Positions 9,447 to 17,435 of a DNA stretch of 64,000 bases are shown one piece after another. This stretch comes from Patescibacteria group bacterium. Its GTDB lineage: Bacteria > Patescibacteriota > Patescibacteriia > JAXHNJ01. Each line of letters begins with the position of its first letter. The stretch's first letter is position 1. Position numbers and translations under genes: made by a program. Below the pieces are notes generated by a model that made no database searches, had not been told where the DNA came from, and saw only the letters and a list, made by a program, of their open reading frames with translations. The stretch lies in NCBI GenBank assembly GCA_041649715.1, contig JBAZMP010000001.1, positions 515,153 to 579,152 of the forward strand. The letters run 5' to 3'.

Positions 9447-9959
9447 ATGAAGTTTATCGGCAATATCCGGTTGTTCTTTGAGAACGAAGAGATCCCGCTC
9501 GTCGTGCTCGAGAAATTCCGCGCTGACTGGAGCAAACTCAGCCTTCAGCCCGGTATTTTCGGCAGTGAATGGTCCAATCGGAGAGTGGCCTTGAGCCTGC
9601 TGTGCCAAAAGCTTCCTTTCGATATCGTGGCTGACGATCTCGCCGGCCAGCTTATGCTTCAGATTGAGCTGTCCCGTTTCCCCTACTCGATCAATGACCG
9701 GAAGGGATTCGAAGCTTTCAGCCTGAGGCTGGTTCCGGTCAAGGGGCGAATCGCCTTGATTCAGAAGGATACGGAAAGTCATATCGCCATCGATACTTTC
9801 GTATTTTCAGAAGAGGCTCTCTTCAGTAACGTGGGCAACGGCTCGGTTTACGTGGTAATCTACCGTGGCCGGCAGCCCAGAAAGTTGCCCGCTCTCTGCC
9901 CGCCGGATGGCTACCAGCCGGCTGTCGTCTTTGACGCAACCAACCCAGCGGGATTTTGA
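9447..9959 (+). CDS. Hypothetical protein (GC-rich island)
   Basis: AGGAGG RBS before MKFIG. Confidence 0.45.
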   Translation: MKFIGNIRLFFENEEIPLVVLEKFRADWSKLSLQPGIFGSEWSNRRVALSLLCQKLPFDIVADDLAGQLMLQIELSRFPYSINDRKGFEAFSLRLVPVKGRIALIQKDTESHIAIDTFVFSEEALFSNVGNGSVYVVIYRGRQPRKLPALCPPDGYQPAVVFDATNPAGF

Positions 9960-9975
9960 GATGTAAGTTAAGTAA

Positions 9976-10013
9976 GGTGCAACTCCATTCGGGAGCTCTG
10001 CACCTCTTTTTTT
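9976..10013 (+). terminator. Rho-independent terminator
   Basis: ggtgcaactccattcgggagctctgcacc plus tcttttttt. Confidence 0.75.
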
Positions 10014-10134
10014 AAATCCAAAATTTTAAATCCTAAATTTTAAACAAATTCGAAACACTAAAATCTAAAACCCGTTAGAATACTATTTCTAAATGGAAAA
10101 ATATGATTATCCCCTGATCTAATTTTTTTGGTAA

Positions 10135-10170
10135 TAAAAAAAGCGGGGCATTTAAGCTTGAAGCCCCGCC
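10135..10170 (-). terminator. Terminator of the minus-strand two-gene unit
   Basis: aaaaaaagcggggcatttaagcttgaagccccgc (T-run on the minus strand). Confidence 0.7.
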
Positions 10171-10195
10171 GATCAAAGGACTATCTTTTATGCGG

Positions 10196-10501
10196 CTAGA
10201 AACTCATGGCAAAGCCGTTTTCTCCGATTGCCCAGCAGTCGAAGCCGTCGCGGAAAGGCCCGATCACGATCTTGGCTTCCCCATTCGGCGTCATGAACTT
10301 GAACACTTTTTGCGCTTTCCGCCGCTTGCGAATACTGGCTTTTACCCTTTCCGGAGTCTTGGGATCACTCAGCAGATGATCCGCTATCGTGGATACTTTG
10401 AGGTTCGACACTTCCTCGAAGGTGACTTTGTCTGGATCCAAGCCGGCCATAGCGGCCGCATAGTGCTTGGCTTCTTCGACGCTTGAGAATTCCCTTGACA
10501 T
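10196..10501 (-). CDS. Hypothetical small protein, translationally coupled (ATGA overlap) to the upstream ORF
   Basis: Stop/start overlap with the 10501..10830 ORF. Confidence 0.45.
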   Translation of the reverse strand: MSREFSSVEEAKHYAAAMAGLDPDKVTFEEVSNLKVSTIADHLLSDPKTPERVKASIRKRRKAQKVFKFMTPNGEAKIVIGPFRDGFDCWAIGENGFAMSF

Positions 10502-10830
10502 CAGTCACTCCCTTCTTTGTCCATCTTTTTGAAATAAGCCGAGGCGTATTTCGCCGGTTTTCCATCCTTGTTTCTAAGCAGCTTCCCGCCCATCGTTTCA
10601 ATGCTGATCCACTGGGACGGCAAAGCGCCGCGGCCTCGGTCATTGACCAGCTGCTGGCGGAGATCCTTGCTTTTATCCTGGGAATGGCTTCCACGGGAAA
10701 AGTGCCTATCATTGCTTTCAACAGCCAGCACGATAAAAGGTCCTTGTCCGTCTTCATGGGCGATAGTAACGCTGGGATCCGCCCAATCAACTTTCTCGCC
10801 GACCTTGAATACCGGGCCGATAAGAGTCAT
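10501..10830 (-). CDS. Hypothetical small protein, first gene of the two-gene unit
   Basis: GGAGGG RBS; island-type promoter upstream. Confidence 0.45.
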   Translation of the reverse strand: MTLIGPVFKVGEKVDWADPSVTIAHEDGQGPFIVLAVESNDRHFSRGSHSQDKSKDLRQQLVNDRGRGALPSQWISIETMGGKLLRNKDGKPAKYASAYFKKMDKEGSD

Positions 10831-10889
10831 TGTTTACCCTCCCTGATTGTGATTTTAAAGAATCAGAATTGTTGCATGTTTAGCTAAAA

Positions 10890-10918
10890 ATGTTAGCAAA
10901 TATATTTAAGATTGTCAA
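10890..10918 (-). promoter_or_regulatory. Promoter TTGACA-17-TGc-TAACAT
   Basis: ccttgacaatcttaaatatatttgctaacat on the minus strand. Confidence 0.6.
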
Positions 10919-10933
10919 GGTTGAATTTTGGTT

Positions 10934-10965
10934 AAAAAAAGGAGCCTGGGCGGCTCCTTGCTTTT
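10934..10965. terminator. Bidirectional terminator
   Basis: aaaaaaaggagcctgggcggctccttgctttt. Confidence 0.7.
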
Positions 10966-10980
10966 AGTTTGGCAGAAGGT

Positions 10981-11310
10981 TTAAACATCCTCTTCCCGGC
11001 AATAGGGATTCCGAGGTATATGTCTGCGGCCGGATACCGGACTTCTTGGGCTCATTCTCGGTTGTTCGAGATCACGCACCGATTCGCCGGCCTTCGGCAC
11101 GGGAATGTCAAAAGCCGACTTTTTGGCGTCGCGCCAGCAGTGCGTGCAGAAATAGTTATTGGGGATTGTCACCTTCCCGTGGCAGCGGACGCAGATGCCG
11201 ATGCAGTCGGCACAGACCTTGATATGCTTCCACTTGGGATGGATCCTGGCCCCAAGCGCTGGCTTCATCTGCTTGCAGACCGAACACTTGATCATAGATT
11301 CTTCTGGCAT
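10981..11310 (-). CDS. Cys-rich zinc-binding small protein
   Basis: CSVCK...CADCIGICVRCHG...CTHCW. Confidence 0.5.
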   Translation of the reverse strand: MPEESMIKCSVCKQMKPALGARIHPKWKHIKVCADCIGICVRCHGKVTIPNNYFCTHCWRDAKKSAFDIPVPKAGESVRDLEQPRMSPRSPVSGRRHIPRNPYCREEDV

Positions 11311-11361
11311 TTACTCCCTCCTCGTTGACTGTTAATCAGGCTGAAATGTGCAAATCTGATT

Positions 11362-11390
11362 AACTTACACCCATTTTTTATTTTTGTCAA
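11362..11390 (-). promoter_or_regulatory. Promoter AATTAGATCTTGACA-17-TAAGTT
   Basis: Shares a 15-nt block with the promoters at 12405 and 12691. Confidence 0.5.
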
Positions 11391-11432
11391 GATCTAATTG
11401 CAAACACGACTATCCTCTATCTTTAGCTAGAT

Positions 11433-11468
11433 AAAAGCGAGCCCCGGGGAAAATCCCAACCAGGGCTC
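11433..11468 (-). terminator. Terminator
   Basis: gagccctggttgggattttccccggggctc plus gctttt on the minus strand. Confidence 0.6.
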
Positions 11469-11494
11469 AAGCTTGGTGAACGTATGTTCCGGCA

Positions 11495-11698
11495 CTACTT
11501 TTTTTCCGGAACCGGATCGTGGGCATGGGCTTTGGCGAACGCGATCATGGCATCCGAATTGCTCTGCTCTTTCAGCCAGAAAGCATGTTCCTCGTCTGTC
11601 GTGTCGCGCATCATCTCATCGCGCGTCTGCCCTCTTTCTTGGGCTGTGTGGTCGCAATAGTAGCGGCCACAGACCGGACATAAACTGGGCATTTCCAT
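11495..11698 (-). CDS. Small zinc-ribbon protein (67 aa)
   Basis: CPVCGRYYCDH. Confidence 0.45.
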   Translation of the reverse strand: MEMPSLCPVCGRYYCDHTAQERGQTRDEMMRDTTDEEHAFWLKEQSNSDAMIAFAKAHAHDPVPEKK

Positions 11699-11754
11699 CC
11701 TCCTGTGTAGGCGCCTTTTTGACAGATTTATTAGCTGATTTATAAGGATACATT

Positions 11755-11783
11755 AATTTAGCATGACCTGATAAAATAGTCAA
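11755..11783 (-). promoter_or_regulatory. Promoter TTGACT-17-TGc-TAAATT
   Basis: 17-bp spacer. Confidence 0.5.
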
Positions 11784-11800
11784 GATATTTAGGGCCTAAG

Positions 11801-11834
11801 AAAAAGCCGTCGGCAAGGCCAACGGCTTTCAAAA
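11801..11834. terminator. Bidirectional terminator
   Basis: aaaaagccgtcggcaaggccaacggctttcaaaa. Confidence 0.65.
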
Positions 11835-11855
11835 CTCCTTTCGGAAGTCTTGGTG

Positions 11856-12284
11856 CTAGGCGAGGTTACGGCGAAGGCCGTAATACTTGTTGGAGATATC
11901 CCGACGGATGATCTCCCAGGCCTCGCGAAAGAGCTGGCGGAGATGACGCATGGGCGAAGGACACATCTCTTTTTCGTAGCAGATCTCCGGCCAGATCAGA
12001 CCTCCCATAATCTTGAGGAACAGCTTCTTGGCATCGCGGATATCCACGAACTTGACCATCGCGAAATACATATCCCTTTGTCCGGACCACTGAATTTTCA
12101 GTGAGGCTTCGGCCGTCTTGTAACGGTATAAGCCCTGTTCTCGATGAGCGGTTACAGGAAAATGGACATAGGCCGTGCCGTAGTCATACCGCTGGCCATC
12201 CAGCACGGTCGGATCGGCGACTTCGAGCTCGCCCCCCACAGACATGAATTGCTCGGTCTCTCCATTGCGCCATAGATAGAACAT
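11856..12284 (-). CDS. Hypothetical protein (about 143 aa). The true start is at the internal Met (MFYLW) with a GGAG RBS.
   Basis: The upstream part of the long ORF, including its TTG start, coincides with the -35 box of its own promoter. Confidence 0.45.
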   Translation of the reverse strand: MFYLWRNGETEQFMSVGGELEVADPTVLDGQRYDYGTAYVHFPVTAHREQGLYRYKTAEASLKIQWSGQRDMYFAMVKFVDIRDAKKLFLKIMGGLIWPEICYEKEMCPSPMRHLRQLFREAWEIIRRDISNKYYGLRRNLA

Positions 12285-12376
12285 GGCTGACTCCTTTCTT
12301 CTTTCCGTCTCCGGTTTTTCCAAAGATCGGTGAGTGGAGGCCAATGTCAGTCGGGTATTTCCCGAATGACCAATCA

Positions 12377-12405
12377 TACTAGCACACTTTCTGATTTCTG
12401 TCAAG
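12377..12405 (-). promoter_or_regulatory. Promoter AATTAGGTCTTGACA-17-TGc-TAGTAT
   Basis: 17-bp spacer, extended -10. Confidence 0.55.
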
Positions 12406-12456
12406 ACCTAATTCCTAACACTGCTATCCCCTACTTTTCCGTTTTTAAGGCAATAA

Positions 12457-12656
12457 AAAAACGAGCCCGCACCGAAGTGGGGCTCTTGTAGGAGGGGATA
12501 TGCAAGAGATATGCGAAGGAACGATATTGAAGCGTGTACGCTTCGTGAGGTGGAGATGACGTTCGTAGACACTCCACTTGGACGCACCGAGCAGAATTGC
12601 TCAATTAGCGTCCTCGACGCGTTGACTAGGGGCTTGTACTGATTCTGCGCTACCTT
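12457..12656 (-). ncRNA. Candidate about 200-nt small RNA: island-type promoter and intrinsic terminator with no ORF of 60 aa or more
   Basis: Promoter at 12663-12691; terminator gagcccgcaccgaagtggggctc plus T7 on the minus strand; internal hairpins (gaagcgtacacgcttc; gtggag...ctccac); no ATG-initiated ORF. Confidence 0.3.
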
Positions 12657-12662
12657 TATTAA

Positions 12663-12691
12663 ACCTTATCATACCTCGTCTATATTGTCAA
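12663..12691 (-). promoter_or_regulatory. Promoter AATTAGGTCTTGACA-17-TAAGGT
   Basis: Drives the ORF-less unit. Confidence 0.5.
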
Positions 12692-12725
12692 GACCTAATT
12701 CAACGCTACTAAATAAATACAGATA

Positions 12726-12757
12726 AAAAGAAAAAGGACTCGCTAAGAGTCCTTTTA
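12726..12757. terminator. Bidirectional terminator
   Basis: aaaaaggactcgctaagagtcctttt. Confidence 0.7.
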
Positions 12758-12777
12758 TCACGAAATCAGAAAGTACA

Positions 12778-13146
12778 CTAGAGTCGGCGCAAATTGCCTC
12801 CGCCGGATTGAAAACTCAAGACCGCTTCCCTGATCGCCTGTACACGTCTATCTGACCAGCCTTCTTTAGAAACATTTCGGCAGATCTCGTCTGCGTCTAA
12901 AAGGCCGGGATTGGCCAGGCAGCTTTCGCAGAGAGAGAAACTGGCCTGACGGACAGGCTCCCCATTCTGGGGCTTATAAAGAATCAGGCCGGCTTCTTTG
13001 CCCCACCAAGTGTCTCGGCAGCCCGGACATTTTGTCCAGCCGTTTAGCGTTCCCGTCAGGTTACGAAGCCAGCGTAAACCGCCCGCCACGACGTACAAAA
13101 CGAAAAGACCGTAACAAAGTATCATTATTCCGAGCACTCTGTTCAT
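12778..13146 (-). CDS. TM-anchored Cys-containing hypothetical protein
   Basis: N-terminal TM; CPGC...CESC; GAGG RBS. Confidence 0.45.
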   Translation of the reverse strand: MNRVLGIMILCYGLFVLYVVAGGLRWLRNLTGTLNGWTKCPGCRDTWWGKEAGLILYKPQNGEPVRQASFSLCESCLANPGLLDADEICRNVSKEGWSDRRVQAIREAVLSFQSGGGNLRRL

Positions 13147-13194
13147 CTCTACCTCCTCGTTGTTAATCCCCTTTTAAGAAAAGATCAGCCTAAG

Positions 13195-13223
13195 ATATTA
13201 GCATAAGAATATATCTAAGTCAA
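13195..13223 (-). promoter_or_regulatory. Promoter TTGACT-17-TGc-TAATAT
   Basis: 17-bp spacer, extended -10. Confidence 0.55.
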
Positions 13224-13234
13224 GGCCCAATAAG

Positions 13235-15019
13235 TCAAATAAACCCACCGGCTTGAAGCTGCCAAAGATTCTTATATATGCCGTTCCGTTTCTTGATCAA
13301 CTGGTTATGAGCCCCCTCTTCCGTGATCCTGCCTCCATCTATCACAATGATACGATCCATTTTTTTAATGGTGGAAAGACGGTGGGCGATGGCCAAGACT
13401 GTTTTATTTTTCATCAGTTCATCTAATGCGTCCTGAATCAGCCGTTCTGATTCGGAATCTAAGGAAGAGGTCGCTTCATCCAATACCAAGATCGGCGCGT
13501 TATAAAGAATGGCCCGGGCAATCGCCACCCGCTGGCGTTCGCCGCTGGAAAGTTTGATCCCCCGCTCACCGACATGCGTCTCATACCCTTCAGCCAAATT
13601 AACGATAAATTCATGGCAGTGGGCAACTTTTGCCGCCCTGATCACCTCATTATCCGTTGCCTCGGGCCGGCCGTAACGGATGTTATCCCTAAGGCTCCGA
13701 TGGAACAATATCGGATCCTGGGGGACCAGACTGATTTGCCGGCGCAGACTTTTCTGGGTGACACGGCTTATGTTTTGGCCGTCGATGATGACGCGGCCGG
13801 CCGTCACTTCATGCAAACGCAGCAAGATTTTTATCAAAGTGGTTTTTCCGGCGCCGGAAGGACCGACCACGCCCAGTCTCTCGCAAGGTTTTACCGCCAA
13901 GTTAAATTTTTTCAGAACGGCGCGGGTCTTCTGGTAGTTAAAGTCTACCCGGTCAAAATTTATGATACCCTCTGACACCACTAGGTCTTTTGCCCCCGGC
14001 GCGTCCGTTATTTCAAGAGGCATCTCCAAAATGACCGTCATCTCTTCGGCATCAGCCAAACTTTCATAAATGTGACGGATCACTTTGCCAAAATCCCAGA
14101 TACGAGAAAAAATATTGATAAGGTAAGTTTGGATTAGAACAAAATCCCCGATAGTTATTATCTCCTTCTTCCACAAAAATATAGAAAGAAATAAAATTCC
14201 TATCTCCAGGCCGCTCATTAAGAATCCCTGAACCGCTTCAAAGATATTGCTGTAGTCCCAGGTCAGCTTGCGCAAAACTCGCAAGCGTTCATTAACCCGG
14301 CCAAACCCCTTGATTTCACGTTCGTAGCCGTCAAAAAGCTTGATCGTACTCTGGTTAGTGATCGTGTCGGCGATTACCGCCGTGGTCTTAGTTTCCGCCT
14401 CGCTGCGCCGGAGGTCATATTTTAGTTTAAATCGGATAAAAACGCCGTTTATTACCAGAAAAACCACAAGCCAAACCAATACACCGCCGCCTAAAAATAT
14501 ATTTCGCCGGAAAAGGATCGCGATAATAATACCGATATTTATTACCAGGGGGCCCAAATCCCAAAACAAACGGTCCGTGATAACTTCAAAAGAACGGGCG
14601 AACCATTTAACTTTTTTTACTAACGAGCCGACAAAGTTTTCGGTAAAAAAACCGAGAGAGTGTTTTTGCAAATAGGCAAAACAATACTCGGTAAGATCCG
14701 CCATGACCTTGGACTGAAAGTTACTGGCCGAAAATGTGGTTAATCGATAAAAAATCCATTGGGCGAGGCGCAAAAAAGTGATTATCACCACCACTGAAAT
14801 CAAACTGCTGACTACCGCTGAAATCAATTGTCCGCTGGTCAGCAGATCAACGAATTTTTTCAAATACAGGGGCACAATCACGTTCATTACCGCCGCTCCG
14901 ATAACGCCTACGAGGGTCAAGATGAGGGTTTTTTTGTAATGTAAACTCGCCCGCCAGTAATACGCTAATGTTTTTTTGATGTTTGATCTCATAAAATTAT
15001 TAATATCGGGATGTGGCAT
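13235..15019 (-). CDS. ABC transporter, fused permease/ATPase (MsbA-like exporter)
   Basis: 6 TM, Walker A GPSGAGKTT, LSGGERQR signature, Walker B LVLDEATS. Confidence 0.85.
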   Translation of the reverse strand: MPHPDINNFMRSNIKKTLAYYWRASLHYKKTLILTLVGVIGAAVMNVIVPLYLKKFVDLLTSGQLISAVVSSLISVVVIITFLRLAQWIFYRLTTFSASNFQSKVMADLTEYCFAYLQKHSLGFFTENFVGSLVKKVKWFARSFEVITDRLFWDLGPLVINIGIIIAILFRRNIFLGGGVLVWLVVFLVINGVFIRFKLKYDLRRSEAETKTTAVIADTITNQSTIKLFDGYEREIKGFGRVNERLRVLRKLTWDYSNIFEAVQGFLMSGLEIGILFLSIFLWKKEIITIGDFVLIQTYLINIFSRIWDFGKVIRHIYESLADAEEMTVILEMPLEITDAPGAKDLVVSEGIINFDRVDFNYQKTRAVLKKFNLAVKPCERLGVVGPSGAGKTTLIKILLRLHEVTAGRVIIDGQNISRVTQKSLRRQISLVPQDPILFHRSLRDNIRYGRPEATDNEVIRAAKVAHCHEFIVNLAEGYETHVGERGIKLSSGERQRVAIARAILYNAPILVLDEATSSLDSESERLIQDALDELMKNKTVLAIAHRLSTIKKMDRIIVIDGGRITEEGAHNQLIKKRNGIYKNLWQLQAGGFI

Positions 15020-15204
15020 TTTAAAAATCCCGCGCTCGGCGGGATGATTTCTTTGAAAAAAAGAGTGTTTTTCCCCAAATCACGCCGGTTTGAATCGGTT
15101 TTTTTTGAAATAAATTTGTCTGATTGAATAAATCATCTGCTGATCATTATAACGAAACCGTAAAAATGAGTCAAATTAAAGCATAAAAATGAGAGTTTAA
15201 TCGG

Positions 15205-15234
15205 CAAAAAAGGAGCCTTGGAGAGGCTCCTTAT
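15205..15234. terminator. Bidirectional terminator
   Basis: aaaaaaggagccttggagaggctcctt. Confidence 0.65.
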
Positions 15235-15257
15235 AAAGAACGGTCATGCGCCGCTTG

Positions 15258-15668
15258 TTACGGCTTAGCCTTGGGGCCGAAGAAACTGTCGAAGTGATCG
15301 GACAGCTGCTGGGCGAGATCACGCAGTTTGTGGCCGGAGCGTTGCATCACCCCGTAGAGACGGCCCTGAAAGGCGCGGAAGAGCGGATTGGTCGGGTTGA
15401 CCTCGAAATCCTCGAGCATCTTGATGGCGAAGACTTCGCCGAATTGACGATAGACCATGTCGACGGCCGCGCCGCAGCACTTCTCCACGTAGGTTCGGTC
15501 AAGCAGCGTGCCGACGCTCAAAGGCTCATCCTTTGTCCCGGTGTGCTTGGTGCCGCAGATCTCGCAGACGACGTTCCCAATCATGCTCTGGTTATTCGGA
15601 TTCCAGCCCAACCCGCTGACGAGCTGGCTAGGACCGACCGGAGCCTCAAAAATCGGCTTTTTGGGCAT
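15258..15668 (-). CDS. Hypothetical Cys-containing small protein on a GC-rich segment (outlier island module)
   Basis: AAGGAGGG RBS before MPKKPIF; CEICGTKH...EKCCGAA. Confidence 0.45.
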   Translation of the reverse strand: MPKKPIFEAPVGPSQLVSGLGWNPNNQSMIGNVVCEICGTKHTGTKDEPLSVGTLLDRTYVEKCCGAAVDMVYRQFGEVFAIKMLEDFEVNPTNPLFRAFQGRLYGVMQRSGHKLRDLAQQLSDHFDSFFGPKAKP

Positions 15669-15724
15669 CTTTTCCCTCCTTTGAAGAAACATGATAAAAG
15701 GACGCGAGGAATTTTATTATATAC

Positions 15725-15753
15725 ACCTTACTTGGCTTTGGGCAAAATGTCAA
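15725..15753 (-). promoter_or_regulatory. Promoter TTGACA-17-TAAGGT
   Basis: Island-type architecture. Confidence 0.5.
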
Positions 15754-15799
15754 GCCAAAAATCCTGGCCATAGATTATATTAATGATCATTTATGGTTA

Positions 15800-15838
15800 A
15801 AGAAAAAGAGCTCGTTGCCGAAGCTTCGAGCTCTCTCA
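15800..15838 (-). terminator. Terminator downstream of the M23 peptidase gene
   Basis: gagagagctcgaagcttcggcaacgagctc plus tttttcttt on the minus strand. Confidence 0.6.
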
Positions 15839-16008
15839 GATATGTGCGATTGTTCTTTAGAACTGATTATATATTAACATACCCAAAAATCATGTCAAGT
15901 ACTATTTTGGTTATTTTTTTGGCTAATATTCAAGGACTTATCACTAATAACATTAATTATCCCCAACTAAAAAAAGGTTTATAGCAGTTTACCCTTTTAT
16001 CCACATTT

Positions 16009-17409
16009 TTAATATAGATATGTAGCTGGATCGACAGGAATCGGAATACCGCTTTCATTGACTTTGCGGACTTCAAAATGCAGGTGCGCGCCGGTGGAAA
16101 AAACGCCCGCGCCGGCCGTGCCTGGCAGTCCCCCGCTGGCTCCTATTACCTGGCCTTTGGTGACAAAATCCCCTTCCGAGACATTGATACGGCTCAAGTG
16201 GCCGTAGACCGTGGAAAGGGTGTCGTTATGGATAATGCTCACGTAATTGTAAGCGGAACGTTTGCGGCCGCTGGCATCCGTCACCCAGTCCAGTTTTCGC
16301 GCAATGGCGACATAGCCGTCCGCGGCGGCATAGACCGGCGAGCCTTGGGACGTGGAAATATCCATGGCCGGATGGGAGCCCAGCCACCTTTGATAAGGAT
16401 AGCCATCGCAGTGGAAACCGCAGGTAACCACCTGGGAATCAACCGGCCAAACGAATGTGCCGGAAAATTCACCGTAATATGTTTCTCCTTTTTCTGAGGC
16501 CAATTTGGCCCGCATTCTTTTTTCCAAGGAGGACACTTCCGCTTCTACCGCTTGCTGCTGCTTGGTCAATTCCGCAAGCAAGGCCTGATATTCGCTTTCC
16601 GAACTCAAAGTTTGATCTAAAAGTATGTTTTGATAATCAACCTGCTGGCCTAAATCCGTTTTTTGGCGGACTAAAACCTCCTTGGTGTCGTCTAGTTCGG
16701 TCTTTTTACCCGAGAGATCTTCTTCTTTTACTTCCAAATCGTGTTTTAAGACGACGAACTCATCTAAATCCTTTTTAATCTCGCTTTGGATCTCATTTGT
16801 GTATTTGATCTGGCCGAAGAAATCGGAAAAACTGTCGTTCAGCAAGACAATTTCCAGATAGGATTTTTGGCCGTTCTTGTAAATGATTCTTAAGAACTCA
16901 GCGATCCGGCTCTTGCGCTGGTTTATTTCATCCTCTTTTTCCTTTATTTCGCTCTTGGTTTTTTCTATTTCAAGCTGGAGTTGTTCAATTTCCGTCTGTT
17001 TTTTGGTTATTTCAAGATTCGCCAAGCTTATCTGGTTATTCAGCAAATAAATTTCATTATTTAGGCTCGCTTTTTCTTTCTGCTTTTGGCTGATATTTTC
17101 TTGATAAACCCTTGATTGTTGGTTCAATTCATCGATGGCTTTTCTTTTTTCACTGATTTCGCTGGACAGGTTCCCCGTTTCTTCGGGGGCAGAAACAACC
17201 GTACTGTTCGTATTATCATTATTATTTGAGCGGTTCAAATTACTGTTCGCACTACCATTCACTTCCTGGGCGATAAGGGGCAGCGAAGAAATCAAAAAAA
17301 CAGCCAACATTATGAAGACTGTCATGTAGACAGAAATTTGTTTTGAGCGATTGATTATGTTTTTGTTTTTGGCCATTTTTGCTCTAGTTAGGCTTTCTTT
17401 CAACTGCAA
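16009..17409 (-). CDS. M23 family metallopeptidase with long N-terminal coiled coil (EnvC/LytM-like)
   Basis: C-terminal HxxxD...HLHFEVR M23 motifs; Q/E/K-rich coiled coil. Confidence 0.75.
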   Translation of the reverse strand: MQLKESLTRAKMAKNKNIINRSKQISVYMTVFIMLAVFLISSLPLIAQEVNGSANSNLNRSNNNDNTNSTVVSAPEETGNLSSEISEKRKAIDELNQQSRVYQENISQKQKEKASLNNEIYLLNNQISLANLEITKKQTEIEQLQLEIEKTKSEIKEKEDEINQRKSRIAEFLRIIYKNGQKSYLEIVLLNDSFSDFFGQIKYTNEIQSEIKKDLDEFVVLKHDLEVKEEDLSGKKTELDDTKEVLVRQKTDLGQQVDYQNILLDQTLSSESEYQALLAELTKQQQAVEAEVSSLEKRMRAKLASEKGETYYGEFSGTFVWPVDSQVVTCGFHCDGYPYQRWLGSHPAMDISTSQGSPVYAAADGYVAIARKLDWVTDASGRKRSAYNYVSIIHNDTLSTVYGHLSRINVSEGDFVTKGQVIGASGGLPGTAGAGVFSTGAHLHFEVRKVNESGIPIPVDPATYLY

Positions 17410-17435
17410 TGCATTATAGCAAAAAATGGCCGGTT

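Noticed and set aside
8690-12405. Long N-terminal extensions of the ORFs at 8690, 12404 and 7613..8542, and the ORF starting at 5202
   Set aside because: The extended starts lie inside the -35 box or promoter of the same unit (8690 and the TTG at about 12404) or lack an RBS. Internal Mets with AGGAGG-type RBSs at 8768, about 12284, 8494 and 5313 are used instead.
15987-15995. Perfect DnaA boxes (TTATCCACA at 15987; its reverse complement at 57669) as a replication origin
   Set aside because: There are only two isolated perfect 9-mers more than 40 kb apart, which is near chance expectation for a 64-kb window. There is no cluster of boxes next to an AT-rich DUE and no dnaA or dnaN nearby.
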